The translations under genes were made by a program, and so were the position numbers. A stretch of DNA of 64,000 bases from Lophium mytilinum. Its lineage: Eukaryota. Positions 48,502-60,551 of the stretch are shown piece after piece. Each line of letters opens with the position of its first letter. Position 1 is the stretch's first letter. The stretch lies in assembly GCA_010093605.1 (NCBI GenBank), contig MU004187.1, positions 992,001 to 1,056,000 on the forward strand. Direction: 5' to 3'. Under the pieces are notes generated by a model. That model was not told the DNA's origin, did not search any database, and saw only the letters and a program-made list of their open reading frames with translations.

Positions 48502-49845
48502 TCATATCTTAGCCTCGCCCCCCAGAAACCCACCGACCACGGCACTCAGCAGCTGATTCGCAATCGCAGTGCCAGGAGGCAACCTCAACCCTCCCTCCTT
48601 ATATTGAGGTCCCGCATCTTCACCGATACCACTCGTGCCAATCCTCAGCGCCTCTCGTACTTCATCCGCCGTGTACCACTTCGCGTCCGCGAGCTCAGCA
48701 TCATGGCCGAGATGAATATCCTCGCCTCCTGGTATAGCCTGGCCAATAGCGCCAATCATGAGATTAGCAGGATACGGCCATGGCTGCGTGGAGTGCACCA
48801 CAACACGTCCGACATGCACACCACTTTCTTCCCACACCTCACGGCGGACAGCTTCCTCTACGCTCTCGGCGGGCTCGAGGAAGCCTGCCAGTGTGGAATA
48901 CCAGAGCGGTGGGAAGCGCTTTCCTCGACCAAGCAGGACTTTGGAACCATCATGGGAGACAACGGCCATGATAACGGTGGGGTCGGTCCTAGGGAAGGAG
49001 AGATTCGAGATGCCTGTGCGGGTGGCACAAGGAGGCCGTGGCGCAGAGGTGGTGTCTATGGACTCTGCTATGTCTGCGGGTGGGCATGTCCGCTTGAATC
49101 CACCATTGACAGAGAACGTTTTATGGCCGCAGGCGGCGCAGAAGGGGTTGCGGCTGTTCCAGTCGAGGACGTGGCGCGCGGCGGCGTAGATGGCAGCTAT
49201 GACGAGATATGGTCAGTGTTTTTGTTTTAACTCTATACAAAGTGATTATGTACCTTCTTCCGGTGGGAGGGAAAGGTGCATCCGGCCCTTGGAGAATTCC
49301 AAGCCCTTTGACTCCAGGGAGGATATCAGACTCTCTGCTGCCGCAGTGACGGACTCTTTGGGGGTGACATCTAGAGCGAAGTATGGGGCGCCTTTGTAGT
49401 GGTCCTTGTATACGAAACCTTCCTTGTTCCGGTCGTCCAGACCCAAGAAGATTAATTGCGGGATATACGTTGAAGAGTTATATTCCTTTATTAGATCTTC
49501 TTCTGACTTCTTAAATGGGTCCTCGCCGATGAGCGGCTGGACGTCTTTGTATATTGAATAGCCTAATTGGGTTGGTGATTTCACCAGAGGATTCAGGTCG
49601 TTGAAGAGCAGGAAGGATGTTGAGGGGTGCTTGAGAGCTTGGGAGAGGAATGCATGGTCGGTTCGGAGGAAGGACACTCGATTCAGTGGAGATCCTGTAT
49701 CCGTCTGTCAATCACATATTCAAGTACATATTCCGGGAGTGAATGTACCCGAGAAGTAGTTCGCGACTTCTTTCCCAAACTTCCGGCTCAGCATCGAGTC
49801 CAATTCCGCATGCGCTGGCTCTGGTAGTGCGGGCTGGGGTGGCAT
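48502..49845 (-). CDS. npy1: NADH pyrophosphatase (Nudix), 3 exons, C-terminal AKI (possible PTS1)
   Basis: Nudix box AGFLEPAESVEEAVRREVWEESG, STQPWPYP, Zn-ribbon FCAACG and N-terminal NYFSGSPLNRVSFLR. Confidence 0.92.
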
Positions 49846-50149
49846 TACGGCGAATCTAAATACTGCAGGAGGAAATGCAAGTTGTAGTGAATGTTGGGTA
49901 GAATGAAGAAGAGTAGGGCGGAAGACTATCTATCTTCCCGGAAAGCGTAGAACTCCCCACAGTCCCCCGCCATTACCAAGCAGACGTCGTCGATGCACGT
50001 CAGAGATCCCGAGGTCGGCTTCGTTTTCCGGCTCACTATTCCTCGCTAGCGACTAGGTTTATCGATAAACTCAGGGTCGATCTTAACACTTCGTTCGAGG
50101 GGTCCAGGTGTGTGCATGGCACCAGCGCGTGAGGTCTGATCACGTCAAC

Positions 50150-51065
50150 ATGAGTCGATTCTATGTATGCACTTCAATCAATTTCCCCTACAGTTAGTGA
50201 CAAGTTTATTAATTACTAGCAGTTCGGCGGCTCCTCAGCCTCCTCTGGGGACGACTCGGACGAAGACAACCTCCCATACCCAACTCCCCTCCAACGCTCC
50301 GACTTCCTCGCTCCCGACTTCTCACCCTCCACTTACCTTAGCTCTCTTCACAATCGCCATCAGACGCTCGAGGATTTGCGCTCCGAATTGCGCGCGCGAA
50401 GTCAGTTGCTCAACAAGGAACTTCTGGATCTGGTCAATTCGAATTACCAGGATTTCCTCAGCTTGGGCGGTAGCCTTCGAGGCGGTGATGAGAAGGTCGA
50501 GGAAGTTCGCGTTGGGCTACTAGGATTCCGCAAGGAGGTTGAGGCTGTGAGGAAGAAGATATTGGAGAAGGAAGCTGAGGTCGCAGATTTGGTGGACGAC
50601 AAAGTGGACATCAGGAAGCAAATTGCAGTGGGTCGAGCATTACTTGATGTCGAGGCACGACTATCAGCATTAGAGGAACGGCTTATGGTCGAGTCGGCTG
50701 GGAAGTCTGGGCCCAGCACGAACGGGGAAGATGCTATCGACATTGACAGCGAGGACACGAGCGACGAAGAGGATGAGGAGGGCCAATCTGTGTCGATTGC
50801 GAAGCTACAAAAACACGTCCACCAATATCGCCTCATCCAGAAACTCTCCGAAAGAATTGGGTCTGAACATCCATTCCTTGCGGGCCAAGAACCAAGGGTT
50901 GTCAAGGTCCGGAATACTTTATTGCTTGACCTAAGCAATGCGCTTAAGCAAGCGAAAGCTGCAGGCTCCGACGGAGTTGATCGAGTTATGAAGATCATGG
51001 GCGTGTACCGCGACATGGACGAGGCTGCGGAAGCAGTCACAGTATTGAAGTCACTAAAAGGCTGA
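50150..51065 (+). CDS. cog2: COG complex subunit 2-like, 2 exons
   Basis: LPYPTPLQRSDFL..FSPSTYLSSLHNRHQTLEDLRSELR..LLDLVNSNYQDFLSLG. Intron at ~50165-50222. Confidence 0.82.
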
Positions 51066-51154
51066 TGCACTCTGCATTTCACATGATAGGCATAGCGAGG
51101 GCGTTAGGTGATATAACTTTACACTACATGTACAGCCTACTTTACAGCGCGTAC

Positions 51155-52184
51155 TCAAAAGGTTTCCACTGTCATTTGATTTGTCGGGACCGAGTTTGGC
51201 CCCTTGAACTCTCCGTTCAAACTGAACCCTGGTGAATTTGTAGAGCTCAATACCTGTATAAATTAGCAAACAGACCTCTTTCTGGAAAGACGAAACCTAC
51301 CACTTCGTGCACGTCCTTCGATATCCGGTCGCTCATTTGAGCAACGTCCTTCTTGACCTGTTCCATGAACGCCTTGATATTCTTCTGCATCTCCTCCGGC
51401 GAGAATCCCAGTTGTCCGATGGCCATTCGGATGACACCCAACCTCTCCCTATACTCGCTTCCGCCCACCATCTCTCTAACAGTAGTCTCCACGTCTTTCA
51501 CCACGGTGCCCATCTTCGTGCTCGGCATCAAGCCTCGTGGACCTAAGATCCTGCCCAACGCAGCTTTGTTGAGCTTTTGTAGAGAATCGATGTGGCAAAT
51601 GCACCTCTCGAACTCAATCTTTCCCTCCTTTATGAGGTCGAAAACTTCGTCTTCCCCAACCAAAACCGCGCCCGCCTTTTTGGCTTGTACCGCAGCAGCT
51701 GAGTCAGGGGGACAGATGACGCAGATTCGGAGGTCGGTTTTGACAGGATGGGGAAGTCGTAGACGGTTTCGTATCGCGGGACCGTTTTTTATTGAGCGTA
51801 GCTTGACATGCATTTCGTATTTGGAGGATGAAGGGGGGCGGCCGACTTCGAAAGCCCGAATATATCTGTTTCTATTAGTCCAGCCCTCGGTTCTTCCAGT
51901 CGCTCCAGGACGTACTGCATGGCATCGCACAGATTGAACTGCTCCGCATCGCGCAGATCATACTGGATAAATGTACTTCGCGCCTTCTTTTTCTTCTGTG
52001 TCGAACCCTGATCTTTGCGCTTGTACTTTGCGGCGTTTTCAGAATGGGCTCCTTTGCCGACGGAGGCGCATCGCAGCTGCTGCGATGAGAGGAACGCGAT
52101 CTGGGAGAGTTGAGGGGTAGGTCGGAGGGGTTGAGTAATGATATTCCTGCTCAATTGAGCTATGCAGCGGTTTGCGGAGGCCAT
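51155..52184 (-). CDS. mrpl1: Mitochondrial ribosomal protein L1 (uL1m), 3 exons
   Basis: Motifs LRLPHPV, GAVLVG, LGRILGPRGLMPSTKMGTV and VLSSTNSPG, with a basic presequence-like N-terminus. Confidence 0.9.
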
Positions 52185-52863
52185 GGGAAGTTTTATAGCA
52201 ATGGCCAACGCGCTGTCGAAAGAGAGTCGAGTTTCGGAACTTGAGACGGCCCGAAAGCTGTCACGTGCATCTAGATTACCACCTCCATTCATCCCTGGAG
52301 CACTGATTTTCTTACACAGCTCCATCATCAACCGGACAAGGTCCAAGCAAACGTTAAAATTGCCAAACGCTTTGCGAATCACATCTCAACCTTATTATCT
52401 GCCCCTCGTATCTGCCGAGGGCGTAGGCCATCGTCTGTCAAGACAGCTACCGAGCGCTCGTACGGTTGGAGCTCGTATTTGACGTATTCAAGAAGTAATT
52501 ATTGTCAATCGTGCCAGAATCTGACACAACCTTTCTATCTCTGTCTCGTCGTAACGTCTTCCTTTCTATCTTGATCAATCTGCTACCATGACTTTCGTAC
52601 TAGCAATTGAATCTATTGGGACAATATCCCGTGAACCAGATTTAGTCTCCAGCAATGTTCAGTCAAAGTTGCATCGTACTCATTGAGTCATTGCATTGTA
52701 TCCTACACGCCGTTTCGCAATGTTTTCCAACAATGTCTATACTTCACAATTTGATGTTCATATATAAGGCAGCTGGGAGAGTGCTAGAAACTTCTCAGAA
52801 ACCTGCACCCCAAACAACATCACCAAAACTGCTATCAACAGGACAAAAACTGACCTACTGACA

Positions 52864-53343
52864 ATGCCGAAAGCAGAGAACTCAAAGCCTCCGCGAAACG
52901 GTTCGTCGTACGCATCCTCGAAGCTCTCTTCGCGCCGGCCACACGCAGATCATGTGAGCGAGATGACCTCTAATTCGTCCTCGCCTGACCATGATCGCTC
53001 AGCTAGCGTGGGAAAGCAACATAACTACCTTTACGAATATAGCAAGGCAGCCCTCTTCGAAAGGTACGGTCAAGAGGTAGAAGTCTATGAGGACGTACCG
53101 GACGACGATGAGACTGACCAAGAGCAGCAATGCTTCGCCAATTGGGGCGAAACTTTTGGCCGTCCCCCGCCATGCAATCCGATTCCGTACCGTTTGGCGG
53201 TGATCCCCACTGCGAACTCTGGGCCGACCCCTGCGGAAGTCCAGGCGTCCGATGCTGCGATGCTAAAGGAGATCCTAATGGCGCGCGTTGTCTTGTTGCC
53301 AAAGAAGGAGCGCGAAGATGCGACGGAAGGTGTGGCTAAATAG
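52864..53343 (+). CDS. Hypothetical protein, 159 aa
   Basis: ATG in ACAATG context with TATATAAG ~100 bp upstream. No recognisable domain. Confidence 0.4.
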   Translation: MPKAENSKPPRNGSSYASSKLSSRRPHADHVSEMTSNSSSPDHDRSASVGKQHNYLYEYSKAALFERYGQEVEVYEDVPDDDETDQEQQCFANWGETFGRPPPCNPIPYRLAVIPTANSGPTPAEVQASDAAMLKEILMARVVLLPKKEREDATEGVAK

Positions 53344-53961
53344 AAGTGAAGACTGACTATTCGCAAGTCTGAAACTCGGACTACTGAGTTGCCAACAGCA
53401 AGAACTCTAAATACGTAACCATTTGCTGAAATCTTTCCGGACCCCCATATCGACTTTGCCAAGTGTGAATAGAGAAATGTAGAAAACTCGACGACTTAGG
53501 GGTATAGGTAAAATATATTTGGTACTCAATCATAAAAGGATCACACCAATGACTCAACGGTACTGGGTGGAAATTGCGTCCACGTGAGAAGAACAACGAG
53601 AGTACGCTTGGGTGCCGAGTCGCACTCCTTTTTCGCCTTTTCTTTTGTTTTCTAGCTACGTGATCTTTCTTGTTCACTCACTATCCTCGAAACGCGTAGA
53701 CGCTGATGAGGGGTTGTATTGTTAACCTCGGTGCTAATAGTGTACCATTTCTTTATCCTTAGCTTCACATCAACCTGTTGGATGCATGTCGACGCATTGT
53801 TAAAATTCCTATGAAGCCGAAGCTAGTATGGCTTCAACATAGAGATGGTTTCTTTATGCCTACCCCAGTAAATGCACAATGTAGATACATATAAGGTAAA
53901 GCTGGGCAAAGGGTATTTGATTCTATCAATAAAATACCTTTCGCCCCGACTCACATTCAAA

Positions 53962-54831
53962 ATGAACGAAACACTCCCAAATATAGCTCCCGAAGTCCAC
54001 CAAACCGAGGATTGGGAAACGCAAGTAACTAACAAACCCAATAATCATCAAGTAGACCAAGAAGCAGGCATCACAGAGTATGACAGAGCCTCGAGCACGA
54101 CATCACACAGCATCATAGACAGACGAATGGATCAGCTCCGCGAAACGCTCGCAGGAGATCCGAGCGGCTGGGTTCCCGAAGAGACTAGCATCCCGGACTC
54201 AACAGTGTCTGTGGGAAAGCTGAGAGATCTTCTTCGGAGAGACATATCTGATTGGCGTGCCGAGGACATGGGCCTTGTTGGCCCAGCCTTGTTTGTTTCC
54301 CTAGTAGCAGATGTTTCTTGGCAATCCCTACCATCTAAATCTGACCGCAAAGTGGTAGCCAAACGAGTTCAAAAGACTTCCGAGAACCCTGAAGATTCGG
54401 TTTGTACTATTTGCCACGAAGAGATGGAGTATTCGGTAGTCAAAGAAGGCACCAACGAGTCGTCTATTAATAACAAGCACATCGCAGTAAAACTGGAGTG
54501 TCAGCACATCTTCGGCTCGGAGTGCGTTATTAAGTGGTACTCGGAGCATGGAGCTAAGACATGTCCAATATGCCGCAAGGTGATGGTTTTGGAAGCTGCT
54601 GAAGAGGGCTACCCGGACCTATCCTTACCGGGAGAGGTGACTGGGCTTCATAAAGATATTCGCGAGCTTGAAAATGAGGAGTATCGAATCTGTAGAGTGT
54701 ACCGTCAAGTTGAATATGATATCGAAATTCAGGGCTCTGAAGATCTCGCGCTTCTTGGACGGCTTTTGCAGTCAGTCCGGGATGAGATAGCGGAAGACAG
54801 GGACAACCTTGATCGAAGGTCTGGACGCTGA
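53962..54831 (+). CDS. RING-finger protein (variant RING-H2)
   Basis: CTICHEE..LECQHIFGSECVIKW..CPICR. Confidence 0.75.
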   Translation: MNETLPNIAPEVHQTEDWETQVTNKPNNHQVDQEAGITEYDRASSTTSHSIIDRRMDQLRETLAGDPSGWVPEETSIPDSTVSVGKLRDLLRRDISDWRAEDMGLVGPALFVSLVADVSWQSLPSKSDRKVVAKRVQKTSENPEDSVCTICHEEMEYSVVKEGTNESSINNKHIAVKLECQHIFGSECVIKWYSEHGAKTCPICRKVMVLEAAEEGYPDLSLPGEVTGLHKDIRELENEEYRICRVYRQVEYDIEIQGSEDLALLGRLLQSVRDEIAEDRDNLDRRSGR

Positions 54832-55672
54832 TACAGGGCACCAATGTATCCGCTCTAGTACTCGTTGATTCTGTTGATCCCGAGACATATTGAGCAAGGT
54901 GAATGGGCCATAAAACAATACTCACCAACGAGACTTATGGCGAACAGGCCAGCTGAATCCCATCAGCTCCTTCAGGCGTGACTCCATGACTTCAGAGAAT
55001 AGATTTGCCGAGGAATAATATACCACGATTTGACCGACACGAAATATGACAAGATGAAATGAATTCTAGAGAACCAGCGTGACAACCGCCAGCCTAACAA
55101 TAGGGCGAGGGGCGTCGCCTCCCTTGAATATTCGCACGAGGGTACGACTATTCGATGTCTCGGCTGAAATACTTTGCAGGGTCACACATGAAGTTGTGGT
55201 GAATCAACGCCGGAGTAGTATCCGCACTGGCAGACAAATCATAAATCAAGGAGATTAAGCCATTGCCCAAGTCCCGAGTTTGTATCCATGGCTCTGTATC
55301 TTGGAAGCCATCTGCGAAGTAGTAATTCGGTGAAACGATAGGATGACGTTGCAGGGTTGGCACGTGGTTGGGATAGAATAGACGGAACGCGCTAGGCCAC
55401 TTCTAGTTTACCGAACATTTCCCTAGCAACCACAACACTAACCACAACAAAACATCTCCGAGCTCCTTGTATTCCTTCTCGCACGAGAGGCCTTCCCCAG
55501 ACTGCTCTGCCAAGCGCATTACTGTCATTTCATTATTCGCACCCACTGCTCCCGCATACCACGAATACACACATACACTCAATCCCCAACAACACGCATG
55601 TCGGGAACGCAAAGGCCCGCCGGATGAACCTCACAACAAACCCTCAATCACACAGACACATCTCGGCGGAGT

Positions 55673-58600
55673 ATGGCTCCAGCCGCACAACCATTGCCGG
55701 TGCGATTCCCGTGCTGGTGCAGGGCAACATACTCCTGGGGTGGAGAGGTAATCAGCGACTCTGGGTTGAGCTATTGACGAAGTACTAATTGTGGTATAGA
55801 CGAAGCGCGACCTCGGATTCATCGAAGGAGACCTCATAGAATGCCTCAACGCCGGAGACGGGTCTTGGTGGATGGGTCGATTGAAACGGGATAGACGTAT
55901 GGTTGGGCTGTTTCCCTCGAACTTCGTCGAGGTCCTCGATGAGAGCTTTCAACCATACCGAAATGGCAGTCCACATCTGCTCCAGAATGGAGGAAGCTTG
56001 TCGAAAGGAAACGGTGCAAACCCGGCGTCCGCGAACCCAGCACCACAAAAGTCGAAGAGCAAGTTCCGCAAACCGTTTACCGCATACGCCGCAGCCGGTT
56101 CTCCAAATCCAGGAGCAGCAGCGAGAGAGGTGCAACAAAAAACCGGAGTGCTGCCACCAAACCACAACGGAAGCATCTCCAAACACAAGCCTTACGCGTC
56201 TATGAAACGATCTTCCTTAGAGAGCCGAGAGTCGTCGCCGTTACAAAAGTCGGCCACAGGATCCCAGCTTCGAATCGTCTCGCCAGCACCAACTGTTCGC
56301 CAGCCCGTTCCTCGTGCTGTGTCTCCGGCTCCTCCTCGACCACATCAATCGTATTCGCGGGCCATTTCTCCAGCTCCTCCCTCCCGATACGTTGCTCAGG
56401 CGCGTGCGCCATCTCCTGCTCCCCCAATACAATATCAACATCATTCGCGTGCGCCGTCACCAGCTCCCCCAACCCCATATCAACATCATGCGCGCGCACC
56501 TTCTCCGGCTCCCCCAACGCCATATCAGCACAATGCTCGGGCTCCATCTCCGGCTCCGGCAACACAGTACCAGCCTAATTCGCGTGCACCGTCTCCAGCA
56601 CCTCCGTCACAATATCAACATCATTCACGTGCGCCCTCTCCGGCTCCTCCTACACAATACCAGCCTTACTCAAGGGGCCCTTCTCCCGCTCCTCCTATGC
56701 AGTACCAGCCCTACTCAAGGGGCCCCTCTCCGGCTCCTCCTATGCAATACCAGCCGTACCCTCGAGCCGCATCTCCTGCGCCCTCTTTTCAATATCAACC
56801 CAATGCTCGAGCTCCCTCACCAGCGCCTTCTTTCCAATACCAGCCGCAGTCTCGAGGCCCCTCCCCGCTTCCCTTCGAATCCCGTAGCGATTCACCACCA
56901 CCGCCTCCACCTCCTCCCCATCGGATCGCATATAATCAGAATCGGGCACCTTCTCCGGCACCGTTCAATGAACATGATTCCACAGGTGGCTATCATACAC
57001 CAGTTCCACGCTCTCCCGCTCCACCTTCTCCAGTCAGAGGCGGGTTCACGCCCTCGCCACTGACCAACGCTATGAATGATGTCATGTCATCTCTGCAGGA
57101 TATGAGTATGTCGCGGAGTGCTGACTCTCCAGATGAGCCAGCAACGCCACCGAGTGTCTGGTCTCCAGAAGCATTCGATCAGGTTTATCATGCGTCTGCA
57201 AAAAAGATACGGCCTCGGACGTCACTCGGAATCGGAGCGGTTGAGGAATACCGTGAAGAAGAGGAATTCCAAGAACAAGGCCAATATCACCCAGAATTGG
57301 ACGAGGCACCACCGCAGGTGCATAGTTACGTCCAAAGAATGGAAAGCCGACTTCGCCAGCTGCATCAGCAGGAAGATTCTCCTCACTCCACACAGCCACG
57401 AGACGAGCTGTTCATCCCTCAGGATCAGACTGGTCCACCTCCTGCAGTGCCTCCGAAGAGCTCTACATACCAACCACGACCGCAGTCGTCAGTTGACCAG
57501 GTACAAGACTTTGGCGAACGGAAAATGTCACTTCGGAAAACCCTAAAGCATAGGAAATCTGCGTTTGACATGGGAAAAGAGGTGCTGGGACGCACGTTTA
57601 CAACCAAAACAAATTCCACATCCACTACTCATAGTAGTAACACAACCCACCACAGCCTCATGTCTGGACACTCTGCAACGAACATGAGCGCTACGAGTGC
57701 TGGAAGCTACTATCGAAAGAAGTTCGGCGTAAATGGGGGAGCAAAGGCCAGGGCTTATAGCGTTATGGACACCCGGGATACTAGCTCGAGGGGAATTGGA
57801 TTTGACGACAGCCGACCAGAAACTCCTTTCACCGGGGTGACCTATCATTCGAGCCACGATTCTCAACAATCCAGACCTGGAATGAGCTCGAATGGTGATT
57901 GGGCTGCTAACGTCGCCGATGGAAAGGATCCTTTGGGTGGCTTAATGGCGCCGAAACCAAAGAAGAGTGGATTTTTCCGCAAGGTCATTGATACGGCGAA
58001 AACTTCAGCAGCAAGTGCTCGAAGCACAATCGCGTCCGGGCAATCTAGCCGACCAGTTTCACGACAAGACAGACTGTTGCCAAATGGTGTTACAGGGATC
58101 GCAGGCGGCGCAAGCACACCTTCCAACGCAGCCCGAGACTTGGGGTTAGGTGGAGCAGTGGACTGGGTCCAAGTTCGACGAGATGTCAACCGGTCAAACT
58201 CGCTTAGTAAAAACGAGCGGAATGAGCGAGCTGAACGATGTCAAATGATGGATATCCCAGTCATCAATCCCATAGACGCACTCTACGAAACTGCAGAGGG
58301 CGACGAAGGACTTGACGGACTTCCGATTGCAGACCCTATGGATTTTTCGAATTGCAACTTGGCATTGGTAGACAAAAGCTCCAGATTCATCAACAGCGTA
58401 CCCTTAGGAACAACTTCTGCAAGCCTGGCGCAAGGCTACATCTGTAGGCCGTATAGAAGCGACGTTCAGCGACTCCGAGCGATCTTCACCTGGGTTAGCG
58501 AACGAATCTCCTGGGAAGACGATTTCGAAGGCGATGTCGATACTCGCCATGTCATTCAGACGAAACGTGGCTGCTCGCAAGAAATAGCCATACTTGTCTT

Positions 58601-59886
58601 CGAGATGTGTTCCTCGGTTGGAATACACGCCGAAGTGGTTCGAGGATACTTGAAGACTCCCGGCGAAGCTATGGATCTGGACCTTGTTGCTCGGCCGAAC
58701 CACTTCTGGAACGCCGTTATTGTCGATGGAGAATGGCGCGTTCTAGATTGCGCTTTGGCTGGTCCTACAAATCCCAAACGAAGCCAGTATTCGAGTACGG
58801 GGTCCCAGGTCGCGGAGAATTGGTGGTTTCTTGCTCGTCCGATGGAGATTTGCTACACCCATGTGCCATTGCTTCCGGAACAGCAGCATATTTGTCCACC
58901 GGTATCGCACGACATTCTCATGGCCCTACCTTGCGCATGTCCTCCTTATTTCAAACATGGCCTCCAGATGGTAGATTTCGACACGAGCTTACTCAATCTC
59001 GACAGTCTTGAGCTCGCTCACCTTTACTTCAACGTCCCAGAGGATGTGGAATGTCTAGCGGAAGTGGAGGCCCGTGGGTATGCCCAAGACGCAGATGGCG
59101 ACTATTTTGAGAGTGGAGATATGATAAAGAAACCGGCATTGGCGCAAGCGGAGTGGGTTGGGGAGCAGAAGCGATATACTGTGAAGGCACTTCTCCCAGG
59201 CGACGAAGGTCATGGTGTGCTGAAAGTTTACGCTGGGAAGCGTGGACTGATGGTAAGACCTTCCAACTTTCCACTCGTGAATGAATTAATACTAACGACA
59301 CAATTAGCACTCCATAAAATCGAACCCGCACTCGCTTGCTTTTGCCCTCCCTCTCACGCACACAGGCTCGAATCCGCCGTACTCATTCCTCACCATTCAT
59401 CCCACACCGCACGCCCAACGCCATGATCTTTACATTGCTCAGCCTCAATGTTCACGATTAGCACTCAATAACACCTTTGTTTTTGCTATCCGCCAGCATC
59501 CATCCTCACTTACACGCTCGCCGGACCCGTCCATGGCATCCGACCGTCCACGATCTCCAAATCCGTTTGCTCGTCCTACCTCAGCGATGAGCATGATCTC
59601 CATGTCTCATAACGGGTCTTCGTATTCCAACCCCTCTGCGACGTCCTCTTCCTCCAACTCCTCCTCAAATGGGCAAAAGCCGGCCAAGCTGGCAATCCAG
59701 ACGCCAGGCGGAAAGATTATCAGGCTGCTGAGAAAGAGCGAGCATATGGGTGGCACAGCCGAAGGCGCAAGTGGTAGTGTCTGGGAGACTGTCATCAAGA
59801 TTGGTGAACGTGGTACCTGGAGAGGACTTGTTCTAGCTGATCGAAGCGCTCGATGGTGCGTCTTTGGTGAATGGGAAGCCGAGTGA
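55673..59886 (+). CDS. cyk3: Cytokinesis protein Cyk3 (SH3 plus transglutaminase-like domain), 3 exons
   Basis: SH3 (RATYSWGGE|TKRDLGFIEGDLIE..WWMG..GLFPSNFV), RAIFTWVSE, VVRGYLK and HFWNAVIVDGEWR. Introns at ~55748-55799 and ~59252-59308. Confidence 0.92.
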
Positions 59887-60551
59887 TTGATTCCTACCTT
59901 GTCAACCCTGTCGTTGAAGCGGAAAAGTTAAGGGCTGGGTATTAGGGCATTTTTGGCTTGGTGTTGTTGGCTATTGAATGCGTTTGAGCCATGTCGCTGG
60001 TTGTTTTCTTCGGCGGTTGGAGTTTGAGTATCTCAGCATTTCTAGCGGCGTTTGTGCATGAGTGTACGAATTTGGCAACGTCAGCCTCTGAATAGACGTG
60101 GGCTTTGGTGACGTTTTGTGGGTAATGGATGCATAGATTACCAGCTACATCTTCTACACTTTTGCCTGTGATCAATTGGGGTTCAATTTAGTAGTCGTAA
60201 TATCTTGCTAGCACGTGACTACCCCGAAATAGGCAAGGTAAACCGAGCCTTGCCAGCTCAACCTTCAGCCTTCTGAGCCTCTTTCCTTTTTCCTTTCCCT
60301 TTTCTTTCGCTTCTCTACTCCACGACTCGTCTACATGCTGTTATTCCTGCGCTACTCACATCTGTCTTGGTCGTTATTTCTTTTTGAAGGCACCAGCATC
60401 ATCTTCATCGGTCCGCTCGTAGGACATCCGGGTTTCCAGCTGGCCTAAAGTCAGATCAGCTTCCAGCCTTGTCGTACTTTCCAAATCTCATCGTCTCTAT
60501 CGCGACGTATACTTCACTATCCTATATTTGCGAACTCTCCAGTCATCGATC

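Noticed and set aside
48454..49230. Long antisense or alternate-frame ORFs (also 15454-16080, 45253-45978, 50444-51082, 31158-31802)
   Set aside because: They are shadows of real genes caused by codon bias.
53685..53735. Hammerhead-like words GAAACGCGTA and CTGATGA
   Set aside because: Stem I cannot form in this order, and no GAAA follows the downstream hairpin.
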